NCBI GenBank assembly: GCA_049976845.1
Contig: JBMFHL010000005.1
Location: forward strand, 1-37,520
DNA: 37,520 bases
Origin: Candidatus Micrarchaeia archaeon
GTDB lineage: Archaea; Micrarchaeota; Micrarchaeia; Micrarchaeales; CABMGC01
Direction: 5' to 3'
The notes beneath the pieces are model-generated. The model had not been told where the DNA came from. It saw only the letters and a program-made list of their open reading frames with translations, and searched no databases. Numbering within the stretch: position 1 is the stretch's first letter; the number at the start of each line of letters is the position of its first letter. The position numbers and the translations under genes were made by a program. This document shows, piece after piece, positions 9,085 through 18,432 of this stretch.

Positions 9085-10305
9085 TTATATAAGATCCTCA
9101 GATTCATAGTCATTTTTGTCGTTTTTTCCATTCTCCGGCGATTTGCCAACAGAGAGCTTTACGCCGTTAGGGTCGCGCGTTATTGTTATGTCAAGATTGT
9201 TGCTCCCAAGCATCTTCCTTAGCTCGTCATATGTGTATGAGCCGATATCTTTCCCTGTATTCTTTCCCTTTAGTATCTCGGCTCTCTTCTCCATTAGCGT
9301 GTCTTTCGAGGTTTCAGAGTACGATATCGAAAGCCTTGGCTTTTCGGCGTAATAAATATCTTCTATGCCTAGCTCTATTGGCTTGTAGCCTTCGCTTTGG
9401 TATATAAATGGAAGCACAGCATCAAACTCTTCTTGTATGCTATTAACAACCTTGTTTATTGCGTTTGGTGCCCCTGCAATAACAAAATCATCGCTGTCAA
9501 GAAAACCAACAAAGGCATTGCCACCAAATTCCTTCACCTTGTCCTGCAACAGCTGTGAAACAAGCCTAAGTATAGTAACACCTGAGTTCGTTCCAAAAGC
9601 CATTGCAAAATCTGCCAAGCCCTCTACTCTCAACCTTCCTATCTCGTAATCGCTCTGAAGTGCTTGCTCCACAGCCCCGGATATTTTGTCCTCGTTCGGA
9701 AGGTCTATGAGTGGATCGAAGCGCCTCCCTTTCTTTTTCAGGAATATAGTCACAAGGCTTCTAAGCTCTTCTGGATCAAATGGCTTTTTAATATAATAAT
9801 CTGCGCCGTACTTTATGCCTTTGAATCTGTTCGAGGTGGCATCCATGGCACTAACTATAATGACAATAGTATCTTTTAGCTTAGGATCCTTCTTTACTGT
9901 TTGGCATATCTCTAAGCCATCGGCTCCTGGCAACATTAGGTCAAGTATTATCAAATCTGGCTTGTCCTTGCTTATTGCCGCGAGCGCATCATTGCCATCA
10001 TAGACATTAGTTATGTCAAACCCTTTCCCTACAGACAGCGTCATTAGCTTATTTATATTCTTATCATCCTCCACAATCAGTATCTTCCTGAATCTCTGTT
10101 CTTCCTGGAGGATATAATAGGTAAGCACCCCGCCGCTCTTCCTTGAAGCTATTGCATTCATTACTTCCAGGTCATGTAATCCTTTATTCAAAATCTCCTC
10201 TGTGATATTCTTTGATTTTGCAACTTCGAATAAGTCATTGTATGTTACCTGCTGCCTCTCATTAATTATTGAAAGAAGCTCAGATTTAAAATCATCTGAA
10301 TCCAT
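9085..10305 (-). CDS. Response regulator: putative wHTH, REC and degenerate GGDEF-like domains
   Basis: REC motifs ILIVEDD, PDLIILDLMLPGADG, IIVSA, YIKKPF, followed by DPLIDLPN...FVGFLDSDDFVI. Confidence 0.85.
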   Translation of the reverse strand: MDSDDFKSELLSIINERQQVTYNDLFEVAKSKNITEEILNKGLHDLEVMNAIASRKSGGVLTYYILQEEQRFRKILIVEDDKNINKLMTLSVGKGFDITNVYDGNDALAAISKDKPDLIILDLMLPGADGLEICQTVKKDPKLKDTIVIIVSAMDATSNRFKGIKYGADYYIKKPFDPEELRSLVTIFLKKKGRRFDPLIDLPNEDKISGAVEQALQSDYEIGRLRVEGLADFAMAFGTNSGVTILRLVSQLLQDKVKEFGGNAFVGFLDSDDFVIAGAPNAINKVVNSIQEEFDAVLPFIYQSEGYKPIELGIEDIYYAEKPRLSISYSETSKDTLMEKRAEILKGKNTGKDIGSYTYDELRKMLGSNNLDITITRDPNGVKLSVGKSPENGKNDKNDYESEDLI

Positions 10306-10415
10306 GCGATCGCCAGTAGTATATGCGGAGAAAAGGATATTATTCTTTTGCTTGCTGAAAACGCCTCAAATGTATAAAATAAGAAATAAATTTAAATCTA
10401 CTTCTCATAATTAGA

Positions 10416-11432
10416 TTGATGCATATGAACCCGCAATACAAGCATGGAGTTAAGAAAAGTCGCTATAGCTTACCCTTGATAATATCAGGTATAGTAATTA
10501 TTATTCTTATAATTGCAGCCGCAGTTGTCATGTCTGAAAGCAACGTCCATTACATATCCTCAGCAACAAAGCTCTCAATTCTGCAGAATAGTAGCGTATA
10601 TTATAAGCTGCCTTCAAGCCCAAGCACATACCTATTGTATCTGAAAAATTCGACAAACTCGGGCGCATTGTTCTATATAACGAGTGTTCCATTACTGAGC
10701 AGTCCTGTAATATTTCTTTCGCTGGGTTCCAATTCGTCAGCCAATTTCAGCAGCATGGGCACAAGCATAGCAGACATGCACATCTCCCTGCTCTCAAGCA
10801 ACCAAGAAGGTGCAGTGGTAGAAATCACCCCAATACCTCAGAGCCTTGGGCTAAAACCAAACGGCCAGATAAAAATAATACCAGAGGCATCATTCACAGA
10901 GAAGATGCTCTATAAAGGAAGCGTTGCCATAGTCTCTACGACCACTACTTCTTCAACTACCACTATTACTACTACCACAATAAATCAATCTGCAGTTATA
11001 CCTGTGCAGCAAATAATGACGCTTATGAACTCCACAACCTATGGTGCTTTGGAGAATAACCTGAACATACTCTATGTAAAAGACAAGGCGTGCAATGCAA
11101 GCGTATACAATGCAACATTCTTAAGATACGAGAATATGCAGCCAACAGGTCTAAACTCTTTCTACAATGTTAGTCCTGCAGTTCCAAGGTATATCAACAC
11201 CACAATATCAAAGCTGAGCAAAAATGATTATATTGTGACATACACTGGGGTCACGCCTGTGAAAAAGTACACATCGCCATTGCTTATTGTAAGACTCAAC
11301 ATATCTTCTGCATCTCCGCTAATCAACGCAACTTTTGAGGGGCCGTTTGCAGGGATGAACTATACGCAGGCAGTAGCAATATATTCATTCCAAGACAGCA
11401 TAAATAATTTCTGCGGAGCGTACATGCCTTAG
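10416..11432 (+). CDS. Membrane-anchored/secreted surface glycoprotein
   Basis: N-terminal hydrophobic helix after basic residues, Thr-rich linker, about 13 N-x-S/T sequons and two Cys. Confidence 0.75.
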   Translation: MMHMNPQYKHGVKKSRYSLPLIISGIVIIILIIAAAVVMSESNVHYISSATKLSILQNSSVYYKLPSSPSTYLLYLKNSTNSGALFYITSVPLLSSPVIFLSLGSNSSANFSSMGTSIADMHISLLSSNQEGAVVEITPIPQSLGLKPNGQIKIIPEASFTEKMLYKGSVAIVSTTTTSSTTTITTTTINQSAVIPVQQIMTLMNSTTYGALENNLNILYVKDKACNASVYNATFLRYENMQPTGLNSFYNVSPAVPRYINTTISKLSKNDYIVTYTGVTPVKKYTSPLLIVRLNISSASPLINATFEGPFAGMNYTQAVAIYSFQDSINNFCGAYMP

Positions 11433-13648
11433 CTCTCTTTTTTCTTTTTCCTAAGGTCTATCGGTATTGTGAACCAGAAAGTACTGCCCTTCCCCATCTC
11501 AGAATTTACACCCATCTTACCTTTGTGCAACGCTACAATTTCCTTAGCTATTGATAATCCTAATCCTGTGCCTGCTCCCTCCTGCTTAGTAAGCCCTTTC
11601 TTTGGGACTTGGTAAAATTTTCTGAAGAGCTTTCTCTGGTCCTCTTTGCTTATGCCTATACCCGTGTCCTTTACCTCTATCTTCACGCTCTTGCCCTTTC
11701 TGTAGGCCTTTATTGATATACTACCATGCTCTGTGAATTTTATGGCATTGCCTATCAGGTTTACGAATACCTGTATGAGCCTATTGGGATCCGCAATGAT
11801 TTCAGGCACGTTATAATCAACATCCCATGCGAACATGAGGCCTTTGCCATTTGCAACTTCTTCAAGCGCCTGTATGCTCGGATTCTCCTTGAGCTTGAGC
11901 AAGTTAACTTGTTGCAGGTCCAGCTTTATCTTTCCCGACGACAGCTTTGCGACATCGAGTATTTGCTGTATTAACTGCATGAGCCTTTCCCCCTCGTCCA
12001 ATATAATCTTTATATAGCCCTTCTGCTCCTCATTAAGTTCTCCGAATTCACCTTTCTGCAGTAAAGTTGCAAAACCTTTTATATTCGTTATCGGCGTTTT
12101 CAGCTCATGCGATATGTTATATATGAACTGCGTCTTTAAGTCGCTCTCGCTTTTCAAGCTGTCTATAGTGCGCTCCTCGCTCGCCACCATGCTCTCTAAT
12201 TCCTCAATGTGCCTTTTTGTAGCAAGCTCCCTGCCTATTATAACATAGCCGTTGAATATGCCCTTTTCAGAAACAAGCCTGCCAATGCTCTGTTCGCAAG
12301 GTATAGCTTCACCCTGCTTGTTTATCATGTTTGTAAACACATTTTTTGCCACGCCTTCCTGCCTTGCTATATTTATTGCCTTCTTAAAGCTGTCCTTGCT
12401 CTCATCAGAATACATAAGTAATATGTCAGTGCCAGACAATTCATCTATTTTGTAGCCAAGCACAGTTTCTGCACTCTTGTTCATACTTGTGAGATAGCCA
12501 AACTCGTTTACTGTTATTATCATGTCCCCAGACACCTGTATAAGCTCGTTTAGGCTTCTTTCGACGTTTTTTGCATACTTCTCTATCTTATTGTCTGTCA
12601 CTATGCACAAAAATCCACTATCGCGCTTGAATAATGAAAGCATTACGTCAGCACGAATCTCATTGCCAAGGTCCAATGCGAATGCACCAGCAAAATCAGA
12701 TTTTTTCATCGCATCTGCAAGCCTTTCTTTGTCATTAACTATATCAACCAATTTTCTCCCAAGTATCTCTTTTCCCTGTGGCAATATTTTGTCTATATTC
12801 TCGCTTACCCATTTGACATTAGTCTCGTTGTCAATTAAAAATGCACACTCATAATTGCTGTATTTCAAAACAGCAGCCTGATCTTCAAGCTTTTTCTCCT
12901 TTGTCACATCATAAAACAAAACATGCAAAAGCTTGTCGCTTGCTCTCCCTGATGTTGTTATGAAAAACCTGTCCTCAAGCTTTGCGGCCTTTACCTCCGT
13001 AGTTAAACCTTTGTCTAAGCTTGCAAGCATATTGGCATCAATGTTAAAGAAGTCCCTAATGTTCTTTCCAATAACCTCCCTTGACCCCTTCGAGAAGAGG
13101 TTTAACAAACTCTTGTTCGCTTTTACGATGGTGCCATTCAGCTCTACAAGCGCCTGGGGCATTATGCTGTTGAATGCAGCGTCAAAATACCTTGCAAGAC
13201 CCCTGCTCTTTTCCCTTTCAGACATGCTCACAAGCTGGTATCCCAATATAGAAAGCCCAACTGCAACTGCGTTTGTAAGCTCGGCGGTAAACTTTTCCTC
13301 GTATTTTGAGAGCATTACTGCAACAGCTATAGCTTTTGCATCGGCTCCAATAGGAAAGACTGCGAAGCTCTTGTAACCATTGTTGTAGTAGTTTATTAGC
13401 TCTGGGAATGCAGAGTAGCTGCTGAGCCTGTTGTCTATATATTGCTTGCCTGTATTTATTGCAAATTCTTCCGAAGGCTCAATGCCGCTCCTGTCCTGCG
13501 GTATCTCCTTTATTTTTACATCGTCCAATCCAAAAATCTCCTTTAGTTCATTTGTATACCTAAGCTCAAGCTCAGCTGGGCTCAGGCCTTTTCTCCCAAG
13601 CTCCACCGTATCAAAAATAAACTTGGATATTGCAGCATTGTCGAGCAT
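11429..13648 (-). CDS. Cytoplasmic sensor histidine kinase (GAF-like, PAS repeats, HisKA, HATPase)
   Basis: H-box ISHELKTPIT, N-box NLIGNAIKFT, DTGIGI, GTGLGLSI, GKGSTF; PAS-like MNKSAETVLGY; no TM helix seen. Confidence 0.93.
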   Translation of the reverse strand: MLDNAAISKFIFDTVELGRKGLSPAELELRYTNELKEIFGLDDVKIKEIPQDRSGIEPSEEFAINTGKQYIDNRLSSYSAFPELINYYNNGYKSFAVFPIGADAKAIAVAVMLSKYEEKFTAELTNAVAVGLSILGYQLVSMSEREKSRGLARYFDAAFNSIMPQALVELNGTIVKANKSLLNLFSKGSREVIGKNIRDFFNIDANMLASLDKGLTTEVKAAKLEDRFFITTSGRASDKLLHVLFYDVTKEKKLEDQAAVLKYSNYECAFLIDNETNVKWVSENIDKILPQGKEILGRKLVDIVNDKERLADAMKKSDFAGAFALDLGNEIRADVMLSLFKRDSGFLCIVTDNKIEKYAKNVERSLNELIQVSGDMIITVNEFGYLTSMNKSAETVLGYKIDELSGTDILLMYSDESKDSFKKAINIARQEGVAKNVFTNMINKQGEAIPCEQSIGRLVSEKGIFNGYVIIGRELATKRHIEELESMVASEERTIDSLKSESDLKTQFIYNISHELKTPITNIKGFATLLQKGEFGELNEEQKGYIKIILDEGERLMQLIQQILDVAKLSSGKIKLDLQQVNLLKLKENPSIQALEEVANGKGLMFAWDVDYNVPEIIADPNRLIQVFVNLIGNAIKFTEHGSISIKAYRKGKSVKIEVKDTGIGISKEDQRKLFRKFYQVPKKGLTKQEGAGTGLGLSIAKEIVALHKGKMGVNSEMGKGSTFWFTIPIDLRKKKKES

Positions 13649-13724
13649 AGCAAAGCACCAGTTAAGCTAAAGCTATAAATTAGCAAATAAATATATAATA
13701 GCAAATGCTTTATAGCAACCCTAG

Positions 13725-14396
13725 GTGCTTGCAATGGACAAAGCAATAGAAATATTCAAAAACGTGTTCAGGATAAACCAAAGGCTCTTCACCAAGAACC
13801 TAGCTCTCGGTTCAAAGGTATATGGCGAAGATCTTGTTATGCTCAATGGCATCGAATACAGGTCATGGAACCCTTACAGGAGCAAGCTTGCAGCCGCAAT
13901 ACTCAACGGCCTCAAAACGCTAAGCATAGCGCCAGATTCAAGCATACTCTATCTTGGCGCCGCAACAGGAACTACATGCAGCCATGTCAGTGACATAGTT
14001 GGGGAAGGGGGCACAGTATATTGCGTAGAAATATCTGAAAGGAGTATGAGAGATCTAATCAAGGTATGCGAGAAAAGGCCAAACATGCTGCCGATACTGA
14101 GCGATGCAAGGAGCGTTAGCGCTTATTCAAATGAAGTTGGTACAGTAGATTCATTATATCAGGATGTGTCATCGCGAGATCAAGCAGAGATACTACTTTA
14201 CAATTCGGTGCTTTTGAAAAATGGGGGCTTCGCTTATGTGGCAATAAAATCGCAGAGCATAAGCACAGCATCTAATCCCGAAGAAGTATACAAGGATTTT
14301 TTGAAATTCGTATCAAGCAAGTTCAAGGTTCTTGAAAAAATAAAGCTGGAGCCATTTGACAAAAAACACCTCTTTGTGGTGCTCAAGAAAATCTGA
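13725..14396 (+). CDS. flpA: Fibrillarin-like rRNA/tRNA 2'-O-methyltransferase
   Basis: YRSWNPYRSKLAAAI, LYLGAATGTTCSHVSD, YQDV and LEPFDKKH. Confidence 0.95.
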   Translation: MLAMDKAIEIFKNVFRINQRLFTKNLALGSKVYGEDLVMLNGIEYRSWNPYRSKLAAAILNGLKTLSIAPDSSILYLGAATGTTCSHVSDIVGEGGTVYCVEISERSMRDLIKVCEKRPNMLPILSDARSVSAYSNEVGTVDSLYQDVSSRDQAEILLYNSVLLKNGGFAYVAIKSQSISTASNPEEVYKDFLKFVSSKFKVLEKIKLEPFDKKHLFVVLKKI

Positions 14397-14470
14397 AACA
14401 GAAAAGATATAAGAAGTTGGTGTAATGTGTATAATAATGGCTGTTGCAAACCAGGAACAGGCGCATTAAG

Positions 14471-15274
14471 ATGGATATAAAGAAATATACTCCGCTTATG
14501 GACCGTCAAATGCACACTTTTGCGTGTGAGTACTGCGGAAACGAATTCAATTCTTACAACAGCCAGGTGTCTGCATGCCCTTTCTGTGGCATTTACTCTG
14601 AAAAGTCAAGTGCAGAATTCTCAGAAGACGAGGCATTCAATTCCGCAAAGGCGCTTAACAGTGCAATAATCCAGGGCTCTGAGTATGATCTTGAAAAGTC
14701 TGCAAGCAAAATTCTATCATTGAAGAATATCCCACAGCAAATATACTCTCTTGCAATACTATATAAACGCTCATCAGAGCTTGAGCACTCTACGAAGAAC
14801 TACAATATACCTGGTTTCATGGAAGAGAATTCCGAACACGAGGAGAAGGCCATTGATCTGTTCTCAAAAGCTAAGGGCCTACTCTACGATGCAATATTTG
14901 CGTGCAATCGAGCGCTTGCTACAGCTGCAAATGCCGAGATCTATTACGTAAAATTCCTTGCGGAGATTGAACTGGAGAATATGCACGATGCAAAAGGCAC
15001 ATTGGAATTGCTTGCTAAAACGAGCCCGAGGAAGGAAATGCTGGACTATGCAAGCATGCTCTATGCAATAAAGATGAACCAAAAAGACACAATAGAGCAT
15101 ATAAACAGCGTAATAGGAAATGGAGATATAACAGGTTTTTATTATCTTGCAAAATACCTTGCCGCAAACGGCAAATTAGAAGAATCAAAGCATATATTAG
15201 AAAATCTGCTTAATAAGGAAAATATATTAGTCGCAAGGCTGCTGATTGATAAAATCAAAAAAGCACAGCCATAG
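14471..15274 (+). CDS. Zn-ribbon plus TPR-like helical-repeat hypothetical protein
   Basis: CEYC...CPFC followed by helical repeats (YYLAKYLAANGKLEES); start codon uncertain. Confidence 0.6.
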   Translation: MDIKKYTPLMDRQMHTFACEYCGNEFNSYNSQVSACPFCGIYSEKSSAEFSEDEAFNSAKALNSAIIQGSEYDLEKSASKILSLKNIPQQIYSLAILYKRSSELEHSTKNYNIPGFMEENSEHEEKAIDLFSKAKGLLYDAIFACNRALATAANAEIYYVKFLAEIELENMHDAKGTLELLAKTSPRKEMLDYASMLYAIKMNQKDTIEHINSVIGNGDITGFYYLAKYLAANGKLEESKHILENLLNKENILVARLLIDKIKKAQP

Positions 15275-15279
15275 CCTGT

Positions 15280-16725
15280 TTAGCCCTTTGCCACTCCCAA
15301 AGGCACGTTCCTTACCACTATCCTGGATATGCCTGCCCTCTCGACAACCCCTACTACCTTATCAACGTTTTTGTATGCACCTTCTGCTTCCTCGCTTATA
15401 AGCTTCCTAGTCTTAACTCTAACTTCTATGCCCCTAGCTGCAAGGCTGCTAAAGGTGTCGGAAGCAGATATCTCTCGTATCGCCTGGTGCCTTGACATAA
15501 CTCTCCCAGAGCCATGGCACGTTGAGCCGAACGTTTCCTTCATAGCTCCCTCGAGCCCTGCAAGTATATAGCTTGCAGTCCCCATGCTGCCAGGTATTAT
15601 AACTGGTTGTCCAACCTCCCTGTATTTCTTCGGAATCTCATTCCTGCCCTTTGAAAATGCCCTAGTGGCGCCTTTCCTATGCACATACACCTTTACCTTT
15701 TTGCCTTCATATTCATGCTCCTCCAACTTTGCTATATTGTGAGCCACATCATAAAGGAGCTCCATGCCAAGCGCATCAGCGCTTTTTCCAAACACCTCTT
15801 CAAAACTCTTTCTTATAGAATTGGTTATTATCTGCCTGTTTGTAAATGCATAGTTCACAGCGCATGCCATCGCTGCAAGATAATTTGAAGCCTCCTTGCT
15901 CCCTATCTCGGCATAGCTGAGCTCAGGATCTACTATCTTTATGTTGTGCTCCCTTTGGTAAATCTCAAGCTCCCTCAAATAGTCGCTGCAGATCTGGTGT
16001 CCAAAGCCCCTTGAGCCCGTATGCACCATTATAACAATCTGATCTTTCTCCAAGCCGTAAGCCCTTGCTACGCCTTCGTCAAAGACCTTGTCCACTTTCT
16101 GAACCTCCAGGAAATGGTTCCCGGCGCCAAGTGTGCCAAGCTGGTCTATGCCCCTGGACTTTGCCATGCTGCTTACTTTTGAGAAATCAGCACCAAGCAT
16201 GTGTCCATTTTCTTCAGTAGCATCTATATCCTCATTGAATCCAAAGCCCTTCTCAATTATGTAAGGAACGCCATCCACAGCTATTCTTGCAAGGTCCTCT
16301 TTCGAGAATGATAGTTTAAGCTTGCTGCCAACGCCACTAGGTACATTAATAAAAAGCCTGTCCATGAGCTGCTTGAGCTTTGGCCTAAGCTCCTTCTCTG
16401 TAAGGTTTGTCTTTACCAGCCTGACGCCACAATTTATGTCGTAGCCTACAGCACCCGGGGATATTATTCCATTGTTGGCATCAAACGCAGCTACTCCGCC
16501 AACAGGAAATCCATAGCCCTCGTGCATGTCAGGCATAAGAAGAACATTACCTATTATGCCAGGCAATGTTGTAGCATTTACTGCTTGCTGTAGGGTCCTA
16601 TCTTTTTTGGTTGCATCAAGCATAGAATCTGTCGTGTAAATGCTGATGCCTGTATTCATACCCTTGCTCTTATCCCTGGCTATCTCAAACTTTACTTCAC
16701 TTACCTTTTTTATTTCGAATTCCAT
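15280..16725 (-). CDS. rtcB: RNA-splicing ligase RtcB
   Basis: MPDMHEGYGFPVGG, GYDINCGVR, GTLGAGNHFLE, HTGSRG, HRKGAT, PGSMG, STCHGSGR, EEA..AYK and C-terminal KG. Confidence 0.97.
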   Translation of the reverse strand: MEFEIKKVSEVKFEIARDKSKGMNTGISIYTTDSMLDATKKDRTLQQAVNATTLPGIIGNVLLMPDMHEGYGFPVGGVAAFDANNGIISPGAVGYDINCGVRLVKTNLTEKELRPKLKQLMDRLFINVPSGVGSKLKLSFSKEDLARIAVDGVPYIIEKGFGFNEDIDATEENGHMLGADFSKVSSMAKSRGIDQLGTLGAGNHFLEVQKVDKVFDEGVARAYGLEKDQIVIMVHTGSRGFGHQICSDYLRELEIYQREHNIKIVDPELSYAEIGSKEASNYLAAMACAVNYAFTNRQIITNSIRKSFEEVFGKSADALGMELLYDVAHNIAKLEEHEYEGKKVKVYVHRKGATRAFSKGRNEIPKKYREVGQPVIIPGSMGTASYILAGLEGAMKETFGSTCHGSGRVMSRHQAIREISASDTFSSLAARGIEVRVKTRKLISEEAEGAYKNVDKVVGVVERAGISRIVVRNVPLGVAKG

Positions 16726-16921
16726 AATATACACTTAATTTAAAGTGCGTAAGCAGCATATAATAAACAAAACAACAGAAAACATTATAAACAAGGCAAA
16801 TATAATACCTCTGTATTTCAGAAGCAATGCATATGATAGATTTGCATTGATTAAATATAAATATCAGTTCATGTAATAATATAAATCGTTAATAATGTAA
16901 ATTGAAAGATTTTTATATAAG

Positions 16922-16936
16922 AAGTTTATAATTAAT
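16922..16936 (+). promoter_or_regulatory. Putative TATA-like element(s) for tRNA-Leu
   Basis: TTTATAATTAA just upstream of the tRNA, plus TTTTTATATAA at about 16910-16920. Confidence 0.4.
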
Positions 16937-16942
16937 AGCACT

Positions 16943-17039
16943 GCAGGGGTGGCGGAGCTTGGTCAAACGCGGTAGACTCAAGATCTACTGGCTTAGGCCT
17001 ACAGGAGTTCAATCGCAGGAACAAATCTCCTCCCCTGCA
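16943..17039 (+). tRNA. tRNA-Leu(CAA) with a 12-nt intron at T-loop position 58/59 (17013-17024); CCA not encoded
   Basis: Acceptor GCAGGGG/CCCCTGC-A, anticodon arm GTAGA-CTCAAGA-TCTAC, long variable arm. Removing TCGCAGGAACAA restores the T arm AGGAG-TTCAAAT-CTCCT. Confidence 0.93.
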
Positions 17040-17054
17040 TGATTGGTGATGAAA

Positions 17055-17777
17055 ATGGTAAAAAAACAGTCAATTTCTAAGGGTAAGGTAAAGCATGCAG
17101 CCAGAGGAAGCTTGATATCAAAGGCAAAGGCTGCAAAAATGAAAGATAGCGTAATGTTTGAACTGCCTCATTATCCACAGACAGAGGAGTTTACAAGTTC
17201 TGCGGCATGCGCCATGATGGTATTGAAGTACATAAATCCTGATTTTAAGTTCAGAAAGGAACACGAGTATAGCATATGGCAGGAAGCTGTTAACGGCAGC
17301 GTCTGGCACGGCTCACGCTACGGCATAGCATGTGCTTTAGTTAAAAGAGGCGCGCGCGCAGGCATAATAAGCAATATAAAAGATGAGGGTTATGAAAAGA
17401 AGCTGGCAGTATACGAAAATATAAATCTTGACACTCTTACTGCTTCATTCAATGAAGTAAGGGAAAAAGCGAAAAGCATGAATATAGAAGAGGAATATGC
17501 ACCAGTTAGCATACAGACAATAAAACGTGTGCTTTCAGCAAAACAGATACCAATAGTGCTTATAGATGGCAAAGTAATAAATCCATATTTAGAATCATCG
17601 CCGCACTGGGTTGTCGTAAAGGGTTATGATAAGGACGCATTCTATATAAATGATCCATATTCAGACAGCACAATAACCCTTGACGTAAATGCATTCAAGC
17701 AGGCTATAGGCTATGACGAGAACCACAGCATGATAATAATAGATTCGAAGTATTTTGACAAATCGGCGAAGCAGTAA
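17055..17777 (+). CDS. Peptidase C39-like (DUF3335-type) protein with Ser at the catalytic Cys position
   Basis: LPHYPQTEEFTSSAACAMM, IWQEA and PHWVVVKGYD...YINDP; basic N-terminal tail; GGTGA SD before ATG 17055. Confidence 0.75.
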   Translation: MVKKQSISKGKVKHAARGSLISKAKAAKMKDSVMFELPHYPQTEEFTSSAACAMMVLKYINPDFKFRKEHEYSIWQEAVNGSVWHGSRYGIACALVKRGARAGIISNIKDEGYEKKLAVYENINLDTLTASFNEVREKAKSMNIEEEYAPVSIQTIKRVLSAKQIPIVLIDGKVINPYLESSPHWVVVKGYDKDAFYINDPYSDSTITLDVNAFKQAIGYDENHSMIIIDSKYFDKSAKQ

Positions 17778-17869
17778 GCTGTACTCTTTGCTCTCTTTCC
17801 TTAACACCTCAAATCAAAGATAAATTAAGGATTGATAAGCTCTTTTTATATATTAAAGTATAAACCTGG

Positions 17870-17920
17870 GGGAGAAGGGGAAAAGAAAAAAGAAAGGGGA
17901 TATATAAAAATAAGAAAGAG
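17870..17920 (-). terminator. Pyrimidine/T-rich tract, probable archaeal terminator of the 17934-18338 gene
   Basis: The plus strand is almost pure purine (GGGGAGAAGGGGAAAAGAAAAAAGAAAGGGG), giving T/C tracts on the minus strand just after the stop codon. Confidence 0.4.
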
Positions 17921-17933
17921 GGCTAAGCCCTGC

Positions 17934-18338
17934 TTAGCCCCTTGCAATAAATTCCTTAGATAATGTTCTTGCTAATGAGCCTTTTATGGTACTCTTCGTC
18001 CTATTATAGCTGTCTTTGAGTTTTTCCCTTGTACTCGATGCTGTGCGCTCGTAGCACGATGTACATATGTATCTTCTCGAGACAAGACCCTCTTTTATAT
18101 ATGGATCCTGTTCTTGTACTCTTTGTGGCGGTACGATTCGTGCTTCACCAAAGCCGAACATCTTGCCGCACATCATGCAGCTGTTTTCGGCAATGTGCGC
18201 CAAATCTTTTCTTTCCGCCGTTTTGTTCTCGTATTCCCTTCCGTCCGCGATGCATCTTTTTCTCGCGATTGCCTCTGCAATCCTCTGGCTACAGCTGCCT
18301 TCCTCTATTCCTTCCCCAATTTTTTCCATTTTCCCCAC
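17934..18338 (-). CDS. Small Zn-binding hypothetical protein
   Basis: CMMCG...ICTSCY Cys pairs; fills the intergenic space between recognisable genes. Confidence 0.55.
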   Translation of the reverse strand: MGKMEKIGEGIEEGSCSQRIAEAIARKRCIADGREYENKTAERKDLAHIAENSCMMCGKMFGFGEARIVPPQRVQEQDPYIKEGLVSRRYICTSCYERTASSTREKLKDSYNRTKSTIKGSLARTLSKEFIARG

Positions 18339-18432
18339 TCTCAGAGCTCCCCTCAGCTCTTTCGATTCAATTATTATTCAAACATAACTCATATTTATTT
18401 CTTTCGCACAACTACTTATAACAAGTGAAAAA

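Noticed and set aside
10930..10985. ACT/ACC trinucleotide-like repeat
   Set aside because: It encodes the Thr-rich linker of the surface protein; it is not a CRISPR array or independent repeat.
15280..16725. Intein in RtcB (also considered for Lhr)
   Set aside because: Both proteins have normal length and continuous motifs.
16800..16875. Possible C/D-box sRNA near the fibrillarin and rtcB genes
   Set aside because: No convincing RUGAUGA plus CUGA pair on either strand.
18029..18428. Three overlapping plus-strand ORFs
   Set aside because: Low-complexity Phe/Ser-rich translations antisense to the CxxC-containing minus-strand gene.
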